Below the pieces are notes generated by a model. It searched no databases and was not told where the DNA came from. It was given only the letters and a program-made list of their open reading frames with translations. The translations under genes and the position numbers were made by a program. A stretch of 64,000 bases of DNA from Candidatus Latescibacterota bacterium (GTDB taxonomy: Bacteria > Latescibacterota > UBA2968 > GCA-2709665): the NCBI GenBank assembly GCA_965208835.1, contig OZ242358.1, forward strand, positions 512,001 through 576,000, in the 5' to 3' direction. Every line of letters begins with the position of its first letter. Positions within the stretch are counted from its first letter, which is position 1. This document shows positions 40,821 to 49,455 of this stretch, in pieces.

Positions 40821-41597
40821 ATGAAAATCCTCATCACCGGCGCCACGGGCGTCGTCGGCAGCAGGCTGGTACCCGCGCTCGAGGGCGATCACGAGTTGCG
40901 TCTGTTGAGCCGGCGTGATTTCCCGGACGATTCCCGCTGGCGCCGGGTGGACGTGACGGATATCGAACAGGTCTGCGATGCCGCGGAAGGGATGGACGTG
41001 GCCATCCATCTGGCCATCGCCACCGGAAGGGAGGGGGACTACGAAGAGGACGCCTTCAACAGTGAGCGGATGGATATCAACGTCAAGGGAACCTATAACC
41101 TCTTCGAAGCCGCACGACGTCATCGGCTTAAGCGTGTGATCTACACCAGCAGCCTGACCGTGGTCTGGGGCTATCCATCGCCGCAATGGGTCGAAGGCGA
41201 CGCGCCCGCGAAACCCGTCGGGACCTACGCCCTTACCAAGTACATGGGCGAAAAAATCGCTGAACACTACGCAGAAATGCACGGCATCTCCACACTCTGT
41301 CTGCGCATCCCCAAACCGTTAGATATCGACGATCCAAAACTCGCGAAATCATCGATTCTGCCCCAGTGGCTCGCCTTCCCCGATCTCATCAGCGCCTACA
41401 AACTCGCCCTGACCGCACCCGACATCGGTTTCGAAATTGTCACCCTTGTCGGTGAAAGCAGCAGGCGCCGGTGGGACCTCTCCAGGGCCGAGACAGTCCT
41501 CGATTACCGCCCCCGATACCGGCTCGAGGACATGGGTTACCTCCTCCGCGAAGAACCCGCCACCTACAACCGCCCCAATATCGCCACCCCTCCCTGA
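40821..41597 (+). CDS. NAD-dependent epimerase/dehydratase (uronate dehydrogenase-like SDR)
   Basis: ILITGATGVVG, NVKGTYN, YTSS, YALTK. Confidence 0.88.
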   Translation: MKILITGATGVVGSRLVPALEGDHELRLLSRRDFPDDSRWRRVDVTDIEQVCDAAEGMDVAIHLAIATGREGDYEEDAFNSERMDINVKGTYNLFEAARRHRLKRVIYTSSLTVVWGYPSPQWVEGDAPAKPVGTYALTKYMGEKIAEHYAEMHGISTLCLRIPKPLDIDDPKLAKSSILPQWLAFPDLISAYKLALTAPDIGFEIVTLVGESSRRRWDLSRAETVLDYRPRYRLEDMGYLLREEPATYNRPNIATPP

Positions 41598-41764
41598 AGG
41601 CGGCCAACCCGTCCGTTGTCCCCGGCTCTGTTACAACTTGCCGTCGATACGTTTTTCTTCGTAAGTTACGTGCCGTGGTCACGCGTTTTTTGTGCCTGGC
41701 AGCGTTGACTTGTCAGCCTGCGATGACGTTACGCTATTGTGTCCAATTTTAGGGGATTATATAC

Positions 41765-41793
41765 TTGACACACACGATTGAATTGTGTATATT
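41765..41793 (+). promoter_or_regulatory. Sigma70-type promoter of the IS operon, with -35 inside the left TIR
   Basis: TTGACA-N17-TATATT, ending 46 bp before the transposase ATG. Confidence 0.75.
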
Positions 41794-41839
41794 AGGGGTG
41801 TAACGAGAACGGAACGCACTCCAACCCCACGAGGCGGCA

Positions 41840-42805
41840 ATGAAGTCAGAAAAGAACAAAACGAAATACGGACCCGAAAACCCGCACCCAAGCGTTTTTC
41901 AGTTCTTTACGCGCTTTCCCGATGAGGATTCCGCAAGGGAATACCTGATTAACGCGCGTTGGCCGGACGGCGTTATTTGCGTTCACTGTGGCCATGATGA
42001 GGTCTGGAAAATCCGGCAGGGCAAGCTGTTTACCTGTAAGTGTTGCCGCAAACAGTTCACGGTGCGCCTACGAACGGTCATGGAAGATTCGCCGATTGCG
42101 CTTCGCAAGTGGCTGTTCGCCATGTATCTGTTTGAAGTCTACCCCAAAGGTATTTCCGCCACAAGTCTTCAGAAGCATTTGGGCGTGATGTACAAAACCG
42201 CATGGCATATGCTGCACCGCCTGCGCCGTGGTCACGAGTATAACGGTATCGTCCTTGACGGCGAGATCGAAGCCGATGAAACGTACCTTGGCGGCAAGGA
42301 AAAGAACAAGCACGAGGCGGACAAGCTGAAAGCCGGACGTGGTACCGTCGGAAAGCAGGCCGTTCTGGGAATTCGGGAGCGCGGCGGTCAAGTCGTTACC
42401 ATGCCGGTAGAGAAAACGGACGAGGAATCGCTTGCGGGCAATGTTCGGGCGGTCACGGCGGAAGGATCGCTTGTCTATACGGACGAAAACACAGCGTATA
42501 CTTCCCTTGCGAAAACGCACCGGCACGATACGGTTTCTCACAGTTCCGGAGAATACGCCCGCGGCGACGTTCACGTGAACGGCATCGAGTCTATTTGGTC
42601 GCTCGTGAAGCGTGCATACGTTGGCGTGTATCATCATTGGGCGCCAAAGAACAGCCATCGGTACGTGCAGGAAATCGCGGCACGGCAGGCATTGCGGAAG
42701 ATTCCGGCTTTCGACTTCAGCGACGGGCGAGGCTTGTCGCGCGTGCGGTTGCTGATGGCTGGTATTTCTGGCAAGCGGTTGACCTATGCGGAGTTGACGT
42801 CATGA
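41840..42805 (+). CDS. IS1595 (ISXO2-like) transposase
   Basis: Zinc ribbon CVHC...CKCC, HTH (YKTAWHMLHRLR), EADETYLGG, YTDE, HVNGIESIW. Confidence 0.95.
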   Translation: MKSEKNKTKYGPENPHPSVFQFFTRFPDEDSAREYLINARWPDGVICVHCGHDEVWKIRQGKLFTCKCCRKQFTVRLRTVMEDSPIALRKWLFAMYLFEVYPKGISATSLQKHLGVMYKTAWHMLHRLRRGHEYNGIVLDGEIEADETYLGGKEKNKHEADKLKAGRGTVGKQAVLGIRERGGQVVTMPVEKTDEESLAGNVRAVTAEGSLVYTDENTAYTSLAKTHRHDTVSHSSGEYARGDVHVNGIESIWSLVKRAYVGVYHHWAPKNSHRYVQEIAARQALRKIPAFDFSDGRGLSRVRLLMAGISGKRLTYAELTS

Positions 42806-43815
42806 ACAAACACGAATCTGCACTTGCGGCGAAACTTCGGACAATGCCCGTTGACCTCGTTCCTGCGGGCATCACAACCTTTGCGGATCTATTCTGTGGC
42901 ATTGGCGGTTTCCATTATGCGGGCGAGGCGTTAGGGTTGCGCTGTGTTTTCGCCTGCGATATAGACCCCGATGTGCGGGAGCAGTATAAGCAGAATTTCG
43001 GGTTGACTCCCAAAGGGGACATTAAACAGCTGCAGGAAAACGACATTGCGAATCACGACCTTCTGTTTGCCGGTTTTCCGTGCCAGCCCTTTTCGATCAT
43101 CGGAAACATGAAAGCCCGTTCGGACGCCCGCGGAACGCTCATGGACGAAATCATCCGCGTGTTAGGGCTGAAAGCCCCACGTGCTTTTGTTCTCGAAAAC
43201 GTCCGCCAGCTGTCCACGATACAGGACGGCGAGGTCATGGACTTCCTACTTGAGAAATTGAAGTCTGTGGGATATTTCGCGGACTGGAAGGTCTTGAACG
43301 CTCTGGACTTCGACCTTCCCCAAAAGCGGGAGCGTACAATAATCGTTGGCTTCAGCGACGAAGCCACGCTCAAGCTGTTCAGCTGGCCAAAGGCAAAGAA
43401 GCTGAAAAAGACCCTTGACGACATTCTCGAAATCGATCCCGATGAAAAGTATTTCGTGAGCGACCGCATCAAGAAAAAGCGGCAAGAGGAACACACACCC
43501 GCCGTCACGCCGTCGATCTGGCACGAGAACAAGGCGGGCAACATCTCAAGCCATCCCTTTTCGTGTGCGCTCCGCGCGAACGCTTCGCACAATTACCTGC
43601 TCGTGAACGGCGAGCGGCGATTGACTCCACGGGAGCAGTTGCGGCTGCAAGGGTTTCCTGAACGCTTTTCGGTCGTGGCGAACGATAGCCAAATCCGCAA
43701 ACAAACGGGAAACGCAATTCCCGTTCCAATGGCACGGGCGACCATCCGGGAGGTCTTGCATGCCGCAGCCCAAAGTGCGAACGAAGTACCAGAAGCACGA
43801 GCCGTATCCGCTTAA
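42802..43815 (+). CDS. DNA (cytosine-5)-methyltransferase
   Basis: DLFCGIGG, GFPCQPFS, ENV, PQKRER, RRLTPRE, GNAI. The ATG overlaps the transposase stop (ATGA). Confidence 0.96.
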   Translation: MNKHESALAAKLRTMPVDLVPAGITTFADLFCGIGGFHYAGEALGLRCVFACDIDPDVREQYKQNFGLTPKGDIKQLQENDIANHDLLFAGFPCQPFSIIGNMKARSDARGTLMDEIIRVLGLKAPRAFVLENVRQLSTIQDGEVMDFLLEKLKSVGYFADWKVLNALDFDLPQKRERTIIVGFSDEATLKLFSWPKAKKLKKTLDDILEIDPDEKYFVSDRIKKKRQEEHTPAVTPSIWHENKAGNISSHPFSCALRANASHNYLLVNGERRLTPREQLRLQGFPERFSVVANDSQIRKQTGNAIPVPMARATIREVLHAAAQSANEVPEARAVSA

Positions 43816-44488
43816 CGACCCCACCCACAACGTCATACACGGACTCTGCAAGCGTTTCGTCCACCGTCTCGCGGTTGGCCATGCCGATCTTGGCGGGAAT
43901 GACTTCTCCCGCATCTTTGCGGAGGCCATCGGCGGAGACCAATTCGCCCAGGCTGTCGGCGTGGCTGATGTTGCCTGGAACGGCTGTGCCTGGTCTGTCA
44001 AGACCGTTAAGGCAGCGTATCCGTTCCAAACGACCAGCATACGCCTGATTAGCGGACGGAACAGCCCGACCTACTCCCACGGCATTGAGAACCCGCTGGA
44101 GGACCCGCAAAAGACCGGAGAGGCCGTTCTGGAGATATACAACGCGCGCATTGATGAAGCCCGTGAGCAACATGACGATATTCGCCTTGTGGTCATGATC
44201 CGCAACTGGGAAGCGTTGGAATTCGTTCTCTTTGAGCGCCCGCTCGTGCCGGTTGTCGTGAACGAATACCAGTGGGCCGTGAACGAGCGAAACAACCTGA
44301 TAGGCTACGTGACCGATCCCCAAGTCAAGGCGTTCACGTGGCAACCGCACGGCAGTCAATTCACAGTGCATGAACCGGTTCCGCACGCTACGGCTGAATT
44401 CCGACTCCGCAAAGAACCGTCCATGTTGACTATGGCGGATGTTTTGGGATTCGTGAAATTCAAGCCAAGTTGGATTGATATTCTTTAG
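43760..44488 (+). CDS. Putative cognate type II restriction endonuclease
   Basis: 242 aa, overlaps the MTase 3' end, has a D..SVK segment (ADVAWNGCAWSVKT) resembling a PD-(D/E)xK variant, and its stop abuts the right TIR. Confidence 0.6.
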   Translation: MPQPKVRTKYQKHEPYPLNDPTHNVIHGLCKRFVHRLAVGHADLGGNDFSRIFAEAIGGDQFAQAVGVADVAWNGCAWSVKTVKAAYPFQTTSIRLISGRNSPTYSHGIENPLEDPQKTGEAVLEIYNARIDEAREQHDDIRLVVMIRNWEALEFVLFERPLVPVVVNEYQWAVNERNNLIGYVTDPQVKAFTWQPHGSQFTVHEPVPHATAEFRLRKEPSMLTMADVLGFVKFKPSWIDIL

Positions 44489-44576
44489 TGTGTGTCAAGT
44501 GTATAATCCCCCAATTTTAATCCGGTGCATTTGCCAGAATACAACCGGTGTTGACACCGACATCACGGAGTCGAAC

Positions 44577-45353
44577 ATGGAATCTCTGCCTTTGCTTTCC
44601 GGTCACACGATGCCGGTGGTGGGCCACGGCACCTATCCGCTGAAGGGCGAACAGTGCAAGCGGGTGATCAAACAGGCTCTCGAGCTTGGTTACACCCACT
44701 TCGATACGGCCTGGATCTACGAGAACCAGCGCGAGATCGGCGAAGCGTTACAGGAGGCCGGCGTCGACCGGTCTGAGCTGTTCATCACGACAAAAGTCGG
44801 TCAGGACTACCTGCAGTACGACGTTGCCATCAATCAGGCGGAGGAGAATCTTCAATATCTCCAGATGGATTACGTGGACCTGCTCCTGGTACACTGGCCG
44901 CCCCCTGACGTGCCCATGGAAGAGACCATCGGCGCGTTCAACGCAATCTTCGACGCGGGCAAGGCCAGAAGCATTGGCGTCAGCAATTTTTCCGTTGAGC
45001 AGATGCGGGAGGCGTTTTCCGTTTCAAAAGCGCCGATCAGCGTGAACCAGATCAAGTACCATCCGGGTTATGAGCAACGCGACGTGCTCCAGTGGTGCCT
45101 GGAACACGACGTCGTTGTCACCGCCTACTCGCCGCTGGGCAAGAAGAACATCCTCGAGGATCTCGTCCTGACGACCATCGCCGGCAGCCACAACAGGACG
45201 TCCGCGCACGTCGCGCTCAGATGGCTGGTACAAAAAGGGATGAACGTCATCCCGAAAGCCAGTTCGGAACAACACCTCCGCGCCAATCTGGATGTCTTCG
45301 ACTGGGCGCTGTCCGAAGCCGAGATGGATGCCATCGACCGGATGGCGTTGTAA
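44577..45353 (+). CDS. Aldo/keto reductase
   Basis: FDTAWIYENQ, FITTKV, LLLVHWP, IGVSNF, AYSPLG, IPKAS. Confidence 0.93.
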   Translation: MESLPLLSGHTMPVVGHGTYPLKGEQCKRVIKQALELGYTHFDTAWIYENQREIGEALQEAGVDRSELFITTKVGQDYLQYDVAINQAEENLQYLQMDYVDLLLVHWPPPDVPMEETIGAFNAIFDAGKARSIGVSNFSVEQMREAFSVSKAPISVNQIKYHPGYEQRDVLQWCLEHDVVVTAYSPLGKKNILEDLVLTTIAGSHNRTSAHVALRWLVQKGMNVIPKASSEQHLRANLDVFDWALSEAEMDAIDRMAL

Positions 45354-45442
45354 GAAAACCGCCCAATCGTCCGAAAGGCGCCGTGCGGCACGTACTCTTC
45401 CGAAATTTCGTATGTTAAATCCCATTAGACAACGGGTTAAGA

Positions 45443-46576
45443 ATGAGCTATGACGCGATCGTGATCGGCGGGGGAATCGTCGGGATGTCCACCGCCTGGC
45501 ATCTCGTCCACGCCGGCGCGAGGACACTGCTCGTGGACCGCAAGGACACGGGTCGCGCCACGGATGCCGGTGCGGGCATTCTGTCTCCCGCCACCAACAC
45601 GCGGGACCCGGACCCCTGGCAGCGTCTGGCCTCCCTTGCCGTCGAATACTATCCGGGTCTGATCGAGAATCTCGAGGCCGAACAGCCGGGGGAAACCGGC
45701 TTCGCCGTATGCGGCATGATGATCGTCGCGGTTTCCGATGACGAACTGGAACCGTTCGACATCGCCCGCCGGCACATTTTCGACCGCCGTAATCGCCGGG
45801 GAAACCCCTCCGTGGAGGAACTCGGCGAGATAACGTCCGAGGAAGCCCGCAACCGGTTTCCGGCGCTTGCCGACGTGCAGGGCGCCATTTACTACCGTAA
45901 CGCGGCCCGTGTCGACGGCCGGCTGTTGACGGGCGCGCTTCGCCGCGCCGCGGAAGCCCGCGGGCTCACCGTCAGGGAAACGGGTGTTGAAGGCCTGAGC
46001 ATGGAAAACGACGCGGTCACCGGCGTCGTCACGGATGCGGGGGCCATTTCGGCTGGCGACGTCGTCATCGCAGGCGGCGCGTGGTCGCACGCGTTCGGCC
46101 TTCAGCTGGGCGTCCAGATCCAGGTGGAGCCGCAGCGCGGTCAGATCATCCATCTGGGATTGCCTCCTGCCGCCGATACGGCGTCCTGGACAATCGTCAG
46201 CGCCGTTCGCGGCCACTATATGGTGCCCTGGCCGGACAACCGGGTGGTGGTGGGCGCCACGCGGGAAACCGGATCGGGTTTTGACGCCCGTACTACCGTC
46301 GCCGGCGTGCGGGAGGTGATCGGCGAGGCGCTGCGGGTGGCGCCCGGGCTGGCCGCGGCGGAGATTCGCGAAATCCGGGTCGGTCTGCGGCCGTACACTC
46401 AGGATCTCCTGCCCGTGCTGGGTCCGGTTCCCGGCAGGAAAAACGTCTGGCTGGCAACCGGGCATGGGCCCACGGGCCTTCAACTGGGGCCTTACAGCGG
46501 CAAGCTCATCGCCGACCTCATCAGGGGTAATGACCTGCCAATAGAACTGGACGCCTATCGGATCACACGGTTCTAA
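45443..46576 (+). CDS. FAD-dependent oxidoreductase (DAO/glycine oxidase family)
   Basis: IGGGIVG, ATDAGAG, PQRGQ, VGAT, GLRP, ATGHG. Confidence 0.92.
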   Translation: MSYDAIVIGGGIVGMSTAWHLVHAGARTLLVDRKDTGRATDAGAGILSPATNTRDPDPWQRLASLAVEYYPGLIENLEAEQPGETGFAVCGMMIVAVSDDELEPFDIARRHIFDRRNRRGNPSVEELGEITSEEARNRFPALADVQGAIYYRNAARVDGRLLTGALRRAAEARGLTVRETGVEGLSMENDAVTGVVTDAGAISAGDVVIAGGAWSHAFGLQLGVQIQVEPQRGQIIHLGLPPAADTASWTIVSAVRGHYMVPWPDNRVVVGATRETGSGFDARTTVAGVREVIGEALRVAPGLAAAEIREIRVGLRPYTQDLLPVLGPVPGRKNVWLATGHGPTGLQLGPYSGKLIADLIRGNDLPIELDAYRITRF

Positions 46577-46766
46577 TAAGGATTTGTCGTTTTTCGGGGA
46601 CGTTAATTCGTATATGTGCAAGTTGATATAGGCGATTAAACTGCGGATTACCAGGATACACCAGGGCACTTGACGTGAACCGAAAAAACGTCCTCTTGGA
46701 CGACTTTTACGCCTCGCTTCGGGAGTTTTGTCGCGGCACTGCTTTGCTGTTTTTTTCGGATTGAGG
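46577..46766 (+). mobile_element. ~190-bp MITE-like repeat, copy 2
   Basis: Same core GCGGATTACCAGGATACACCAGG, flanked by CTAA (which contains the DAO stop) and CTGA. Confidence 0.75.
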
Positions 46767-46837
46767 CTGATCCCGAAGTGCGAGGCGCCCCCGGTGACCG
46801 GGACCCGCTACCGGCGTGACAGGACAGGGAAACTTCG

Positions 46838-47845
46838 ATGTCCGACAGTGACTACAAATGCCTGGTCGTGAGCCAGGAGAATGACGGCTATATCCGCAAG
46901 GTAGTACGCCGATCCGTCGATACGCTTCCCGAAGGCGACGTGCTGATCAGGGTGCACTACTCCTCGCTGAACTACAAGGATGCGCTGTCGGCCACCGGAC
47001 ACCCGGGCGTCACCCGGCGCTATCCGCATACGCCGGGCATAGACGCGGCAGGCGTTGTAGAGGAGAGCTCCGACGGACGTTTTACCCCTGGCGATGAAGT
47101 CATCGTCACAAGCTACGATCTCGGCGCCAACACGCCGGGCGGATACGGCCAATACATCCGCGTGCCTGCCGGATGGGTCCTACCGCTTCCCCATGGCCTT
47201 ACCCTTCGCGAGTCGATGGTCTACGGCACGGCCGGATTTACCGCCGCCATGTCGCTCCACAGGCTGGAACGCCACGGCGTTGCTCCCGGCAGCGGCGAGA
47301 TACTCGTCACCGGCGCTACGGGGGGCGTCGGCAGCCTGGCCGTCGCCATCCTCTCCCGCGTGGGCTACACCGTTGTCGCGGCCACCGGCAAGCCGGACCG
47401 GGAGCGCTTCCTGCTCGGCCTCGGGGCGAACGCGGTCGTGCATCGAAACGCGGTTGACGATGAAGGCAGGCGTCCGCTGCTGGCGGAACGCTGGGCCGGT
47501 GTTGTGGATACCGTCGGAGGCAATATCCTGGCAACCGCCCTCAAGTCGACAGGGAGCAGGGGACTCGTCACGTGCTGCGGCCTCGTCGCTTCCGCGGACC
47601 TGAACTTGAGCGTGTACCCGTTCATTCTTCGGGGCGTCAGCCTGCAGGGGATCGACTCCGCCGAATGTCCCATGCCGGAAAGGGAGTACCTGTGGGAGAA
47701 AATCGCCGGCCCCTGGAAGATCGATGCAACGGACGACCTGGTAACCGAACGTACGCTCGAAACCCTCGAACCTGAGTTCCAGCGCATCCTGCAGGGCAAC
47801 CAGACGGGCAGGGTTGTGGTCGACCTGACTGAGAAGCTGTCTTAA
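46838..47845 (+). CDS. YhdH/YhfP (AcuI-like) NADPH-dependent oxidoreductase
   Basis: YSSLNYKDAL, PGID, GTAGFTA, VTGATGGVGS, PFILRGV.LQGIDS. Confidence 0.92.
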   Translation: MSDSDYKCLVVSQENDGYIRKVVRRSVDTLPEGDVLIRVHYSSLNYKDALSATGHPGVTRRYPHTPGIDAAGVVEESSDGRFTPGDEVIVTSYDLGANTPGGYGQYIRVPAGWVLPLPHGLTLRESMVYGTAGFTAAMSLHRLERHGVAPGSGEILVTGATGGVGSLAVAILSRVGYTVVAATGKPDRERFLLGLGANAVVHRNAVDDEGRRPLLAERWAGVVDTVGGNILATALKSTGSRGLVTCCGLVASADLNLSVYPFILRGVSLQGIDSAECPMPEREYLWEKIAGPWKIDATDDLVTERTLETLEPEFQRILQGNQTGRVVVDLTEKLS

Positions 47846-48000
47846 AATTCCCTGCGGTCTTCGCACGGCTGCAAAAGCGTCGGTCGGCGTTGGTCAAATC
47901 CACCCTTATAGACAAATATGGGCGAATTTTCCCGCCTAGACCGCCACTTTTTCGCTCGTGCTCGGGAACTCACAGGTAATTTTAACACAGCTTCTGAGAA

Positions 48001-48123
48001 ATGAACCGCGTCAGAATCGGTGTCATCGGACTGGGACGCTTCGGCGTCCAGCACGCCTGCGTCCTCGCTCAGCTGCCGCACGCAAAGAACAGGCAGTCCA
48101 TCTATAGACAGGGAGCAAATTGA
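48001..48123 (+). pseudogene. N-terminal remnant of a Gfo/Idh/MocA oxidoreductase (40 aa)
   Basis: MNRVRIGVIGLGRFGVQHACVLAQLPHA...*; only the Rossmann start remains. Confidence 0.65.
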
Positions 48124-49431
48124 ATGACGATGTCCAGCGATACGTACCTCATCGGAGTCGGCGGTGAAGACGTCACGCCGCCGGTCGGGATCTATCTGGC
48201 CGGGTTCGCCGCCCGCACGGAACCCTCCACAGCCGTCTACCATCCTCTGAAAGCCAACGCCATCGCGATAGACGACGGCAACGATCCGCTCATCATCGCA
48301 AGCGCTGAGATCCTGGGTTTCTACGAACACACCGAAGAGGTCCGGTCCCGCATCTCGGCACTGACCGGTGTCGTCCCTGCCAACATCGTCCTGAGCGGAT
48401 CGCATACCCACTGCGGCCCGTGCATCCGGGAAGTGGACCGGCATCGCCACGGCGACCTTGATGAAGACTATATCGAGCGACTCCTGGACAGCGTCACCCG
48501 TTGCGCGAAAACCGCGTGGGAGACCCGGTCGCCGGCCCGTCTTCGGTTCGGGCGTGGGCACTGCGATATCGCCGTATCCCGCCGTAAATCCGACGGGAAG
48601 GGCGGCGTGGAGTGGAAACCCGGTCCCGGCGCGCCCCACGACCACGAGGTGCCGGTGCTGGCCGTCGAATCTCCCGAGGGCGACCTTCGCAGCGTCATTT
48701 TCAGCTATGCGTGCCATCCCACCAGCCGGAGCGGCACGCTCATCGGCGGCGACTACGTCTGTTACGCGTATGACCACGTGGAGGCCATGCACCCCGGCGT
48801 CACCGCTTTCTTTCTACAGGGCTGCGCCGGAGACCAGAAGACGCGACCGGTCGACCCCGCCGAGGACCGTTTCATACAGAGAAACATCCAGGAAATCCGC
48901 GACATCGGCGTTCTGCTGGGGGAATCCGTGGTCCGGGTACTCGCCTCGGGCGGGCTCGATCAGGTAACCGGTCCGATTTCCGTCAGACAGGACATAATCG
49001 GACTGGAAACCGAAGCGATTGACATGGACCTCGTAAGAGCGGGACTGAAGGCCGACCAGGGGTACGTTCAGGCGTGGGCTCGACATCTGTCTGAATGCGT
49101 TGAGAATGACATACCCGTTGTCACCAATATTCCCTTTGAAATTCAGACCGTGCGTTTCGGAAACGCCCTGGCGCTGGTCACGCTCGCGGGGGAAATGACG
49201 GTGGAGCACGGCCTGCGGCTGAAACGGGAACTGGGTCCGCGCGTAGACAACGTAATGGTCCTGGCGTACACCAACGACATCGTCGGCTACGTTCCCGTCA
49301 GGCGTCAGATCCCCGAGGGCGGCTACGAAGTGTGGGCCAGCCAGCAGTACTGGAAACGGACGGGACCATACGTGGCCGAAACCGAAGACCGGATCCACAC
49401 CGCCGTAAGCCGGTCCCTCGGCATCTCCTAA
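48124..49431 (+). CDS. Neutral/alkaline ceramidase-like hydrolase
   Basis: DVTPP, LAGFAAR, SHTHCGP, YACHPT, QGCAGDQ, EGGYE. Confidence 0.8.
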   Translation: MTMSSDTYLIGVGGEDVTPPVGIYLAGFAARTEPSTAVYHPLKANAIAIDDGNDPLIIASAEILGFYEHTEEVRSRISALTGVVPANIVLSGSHTHCGPCIREVDRHRHGDLDEDYIERLLDSVTRCAKTAWETRSPARLRFGRGHCDIAVSRRKSDGKGGVEWKPGPGAPHDHEVPVLAVESPEGDLRSVIFSYACHPTSRSGTLIGGDYVCYAYDHVEAMHPGVTAFFLQGCAGDQKTRPVDPAEDRFIQRNIQEIRDIGVLLGESVVRVLASGGLDQVTGPISVRQDIIGLETEAIDMDLVRAGLKADQGYVQAWARHLSECVENDIPVVTNIPFEIQTVRFGNALALVTLAGEMTVEHGLRLKRELGPRVDNVMVLAYTNDIVGYVPVRRQIPEGGYEVWASQQYWKRTGPYVAETEDRIHTAVSRSLGIS

Positions 49432-49455
49432 TCCTGCATCCGTGACTCGGCAGCC

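Larger units (their letters stand above)
41752..44511 (+). mobile_element. IS1595-family transporter IS carrying a restriction-modification cassette (2760 bp)
   Basis: TIRs GGGGATTATATACTTGACACACAC (41752-41775) and its inverse (44488-44511), 23/24 identical. Direct repeat CAATTTTA at 41744-41751 and 44512-44519. Confidence 0.95.

Noticed and set aside
42595-42801. Upstream start for the methyltransferase
   Set aside because: It would overlap the transposase by about 210 bp. ATG 42802 gives an ATGA coupling and a normal position for motif I.
44475-44511. Outward promoter in the right TIR driving the AKR gene
   Set aside because: TATAAT is present at 44502, but the nearest -35-like hexamer is 21 bp away and there is no extended -10.
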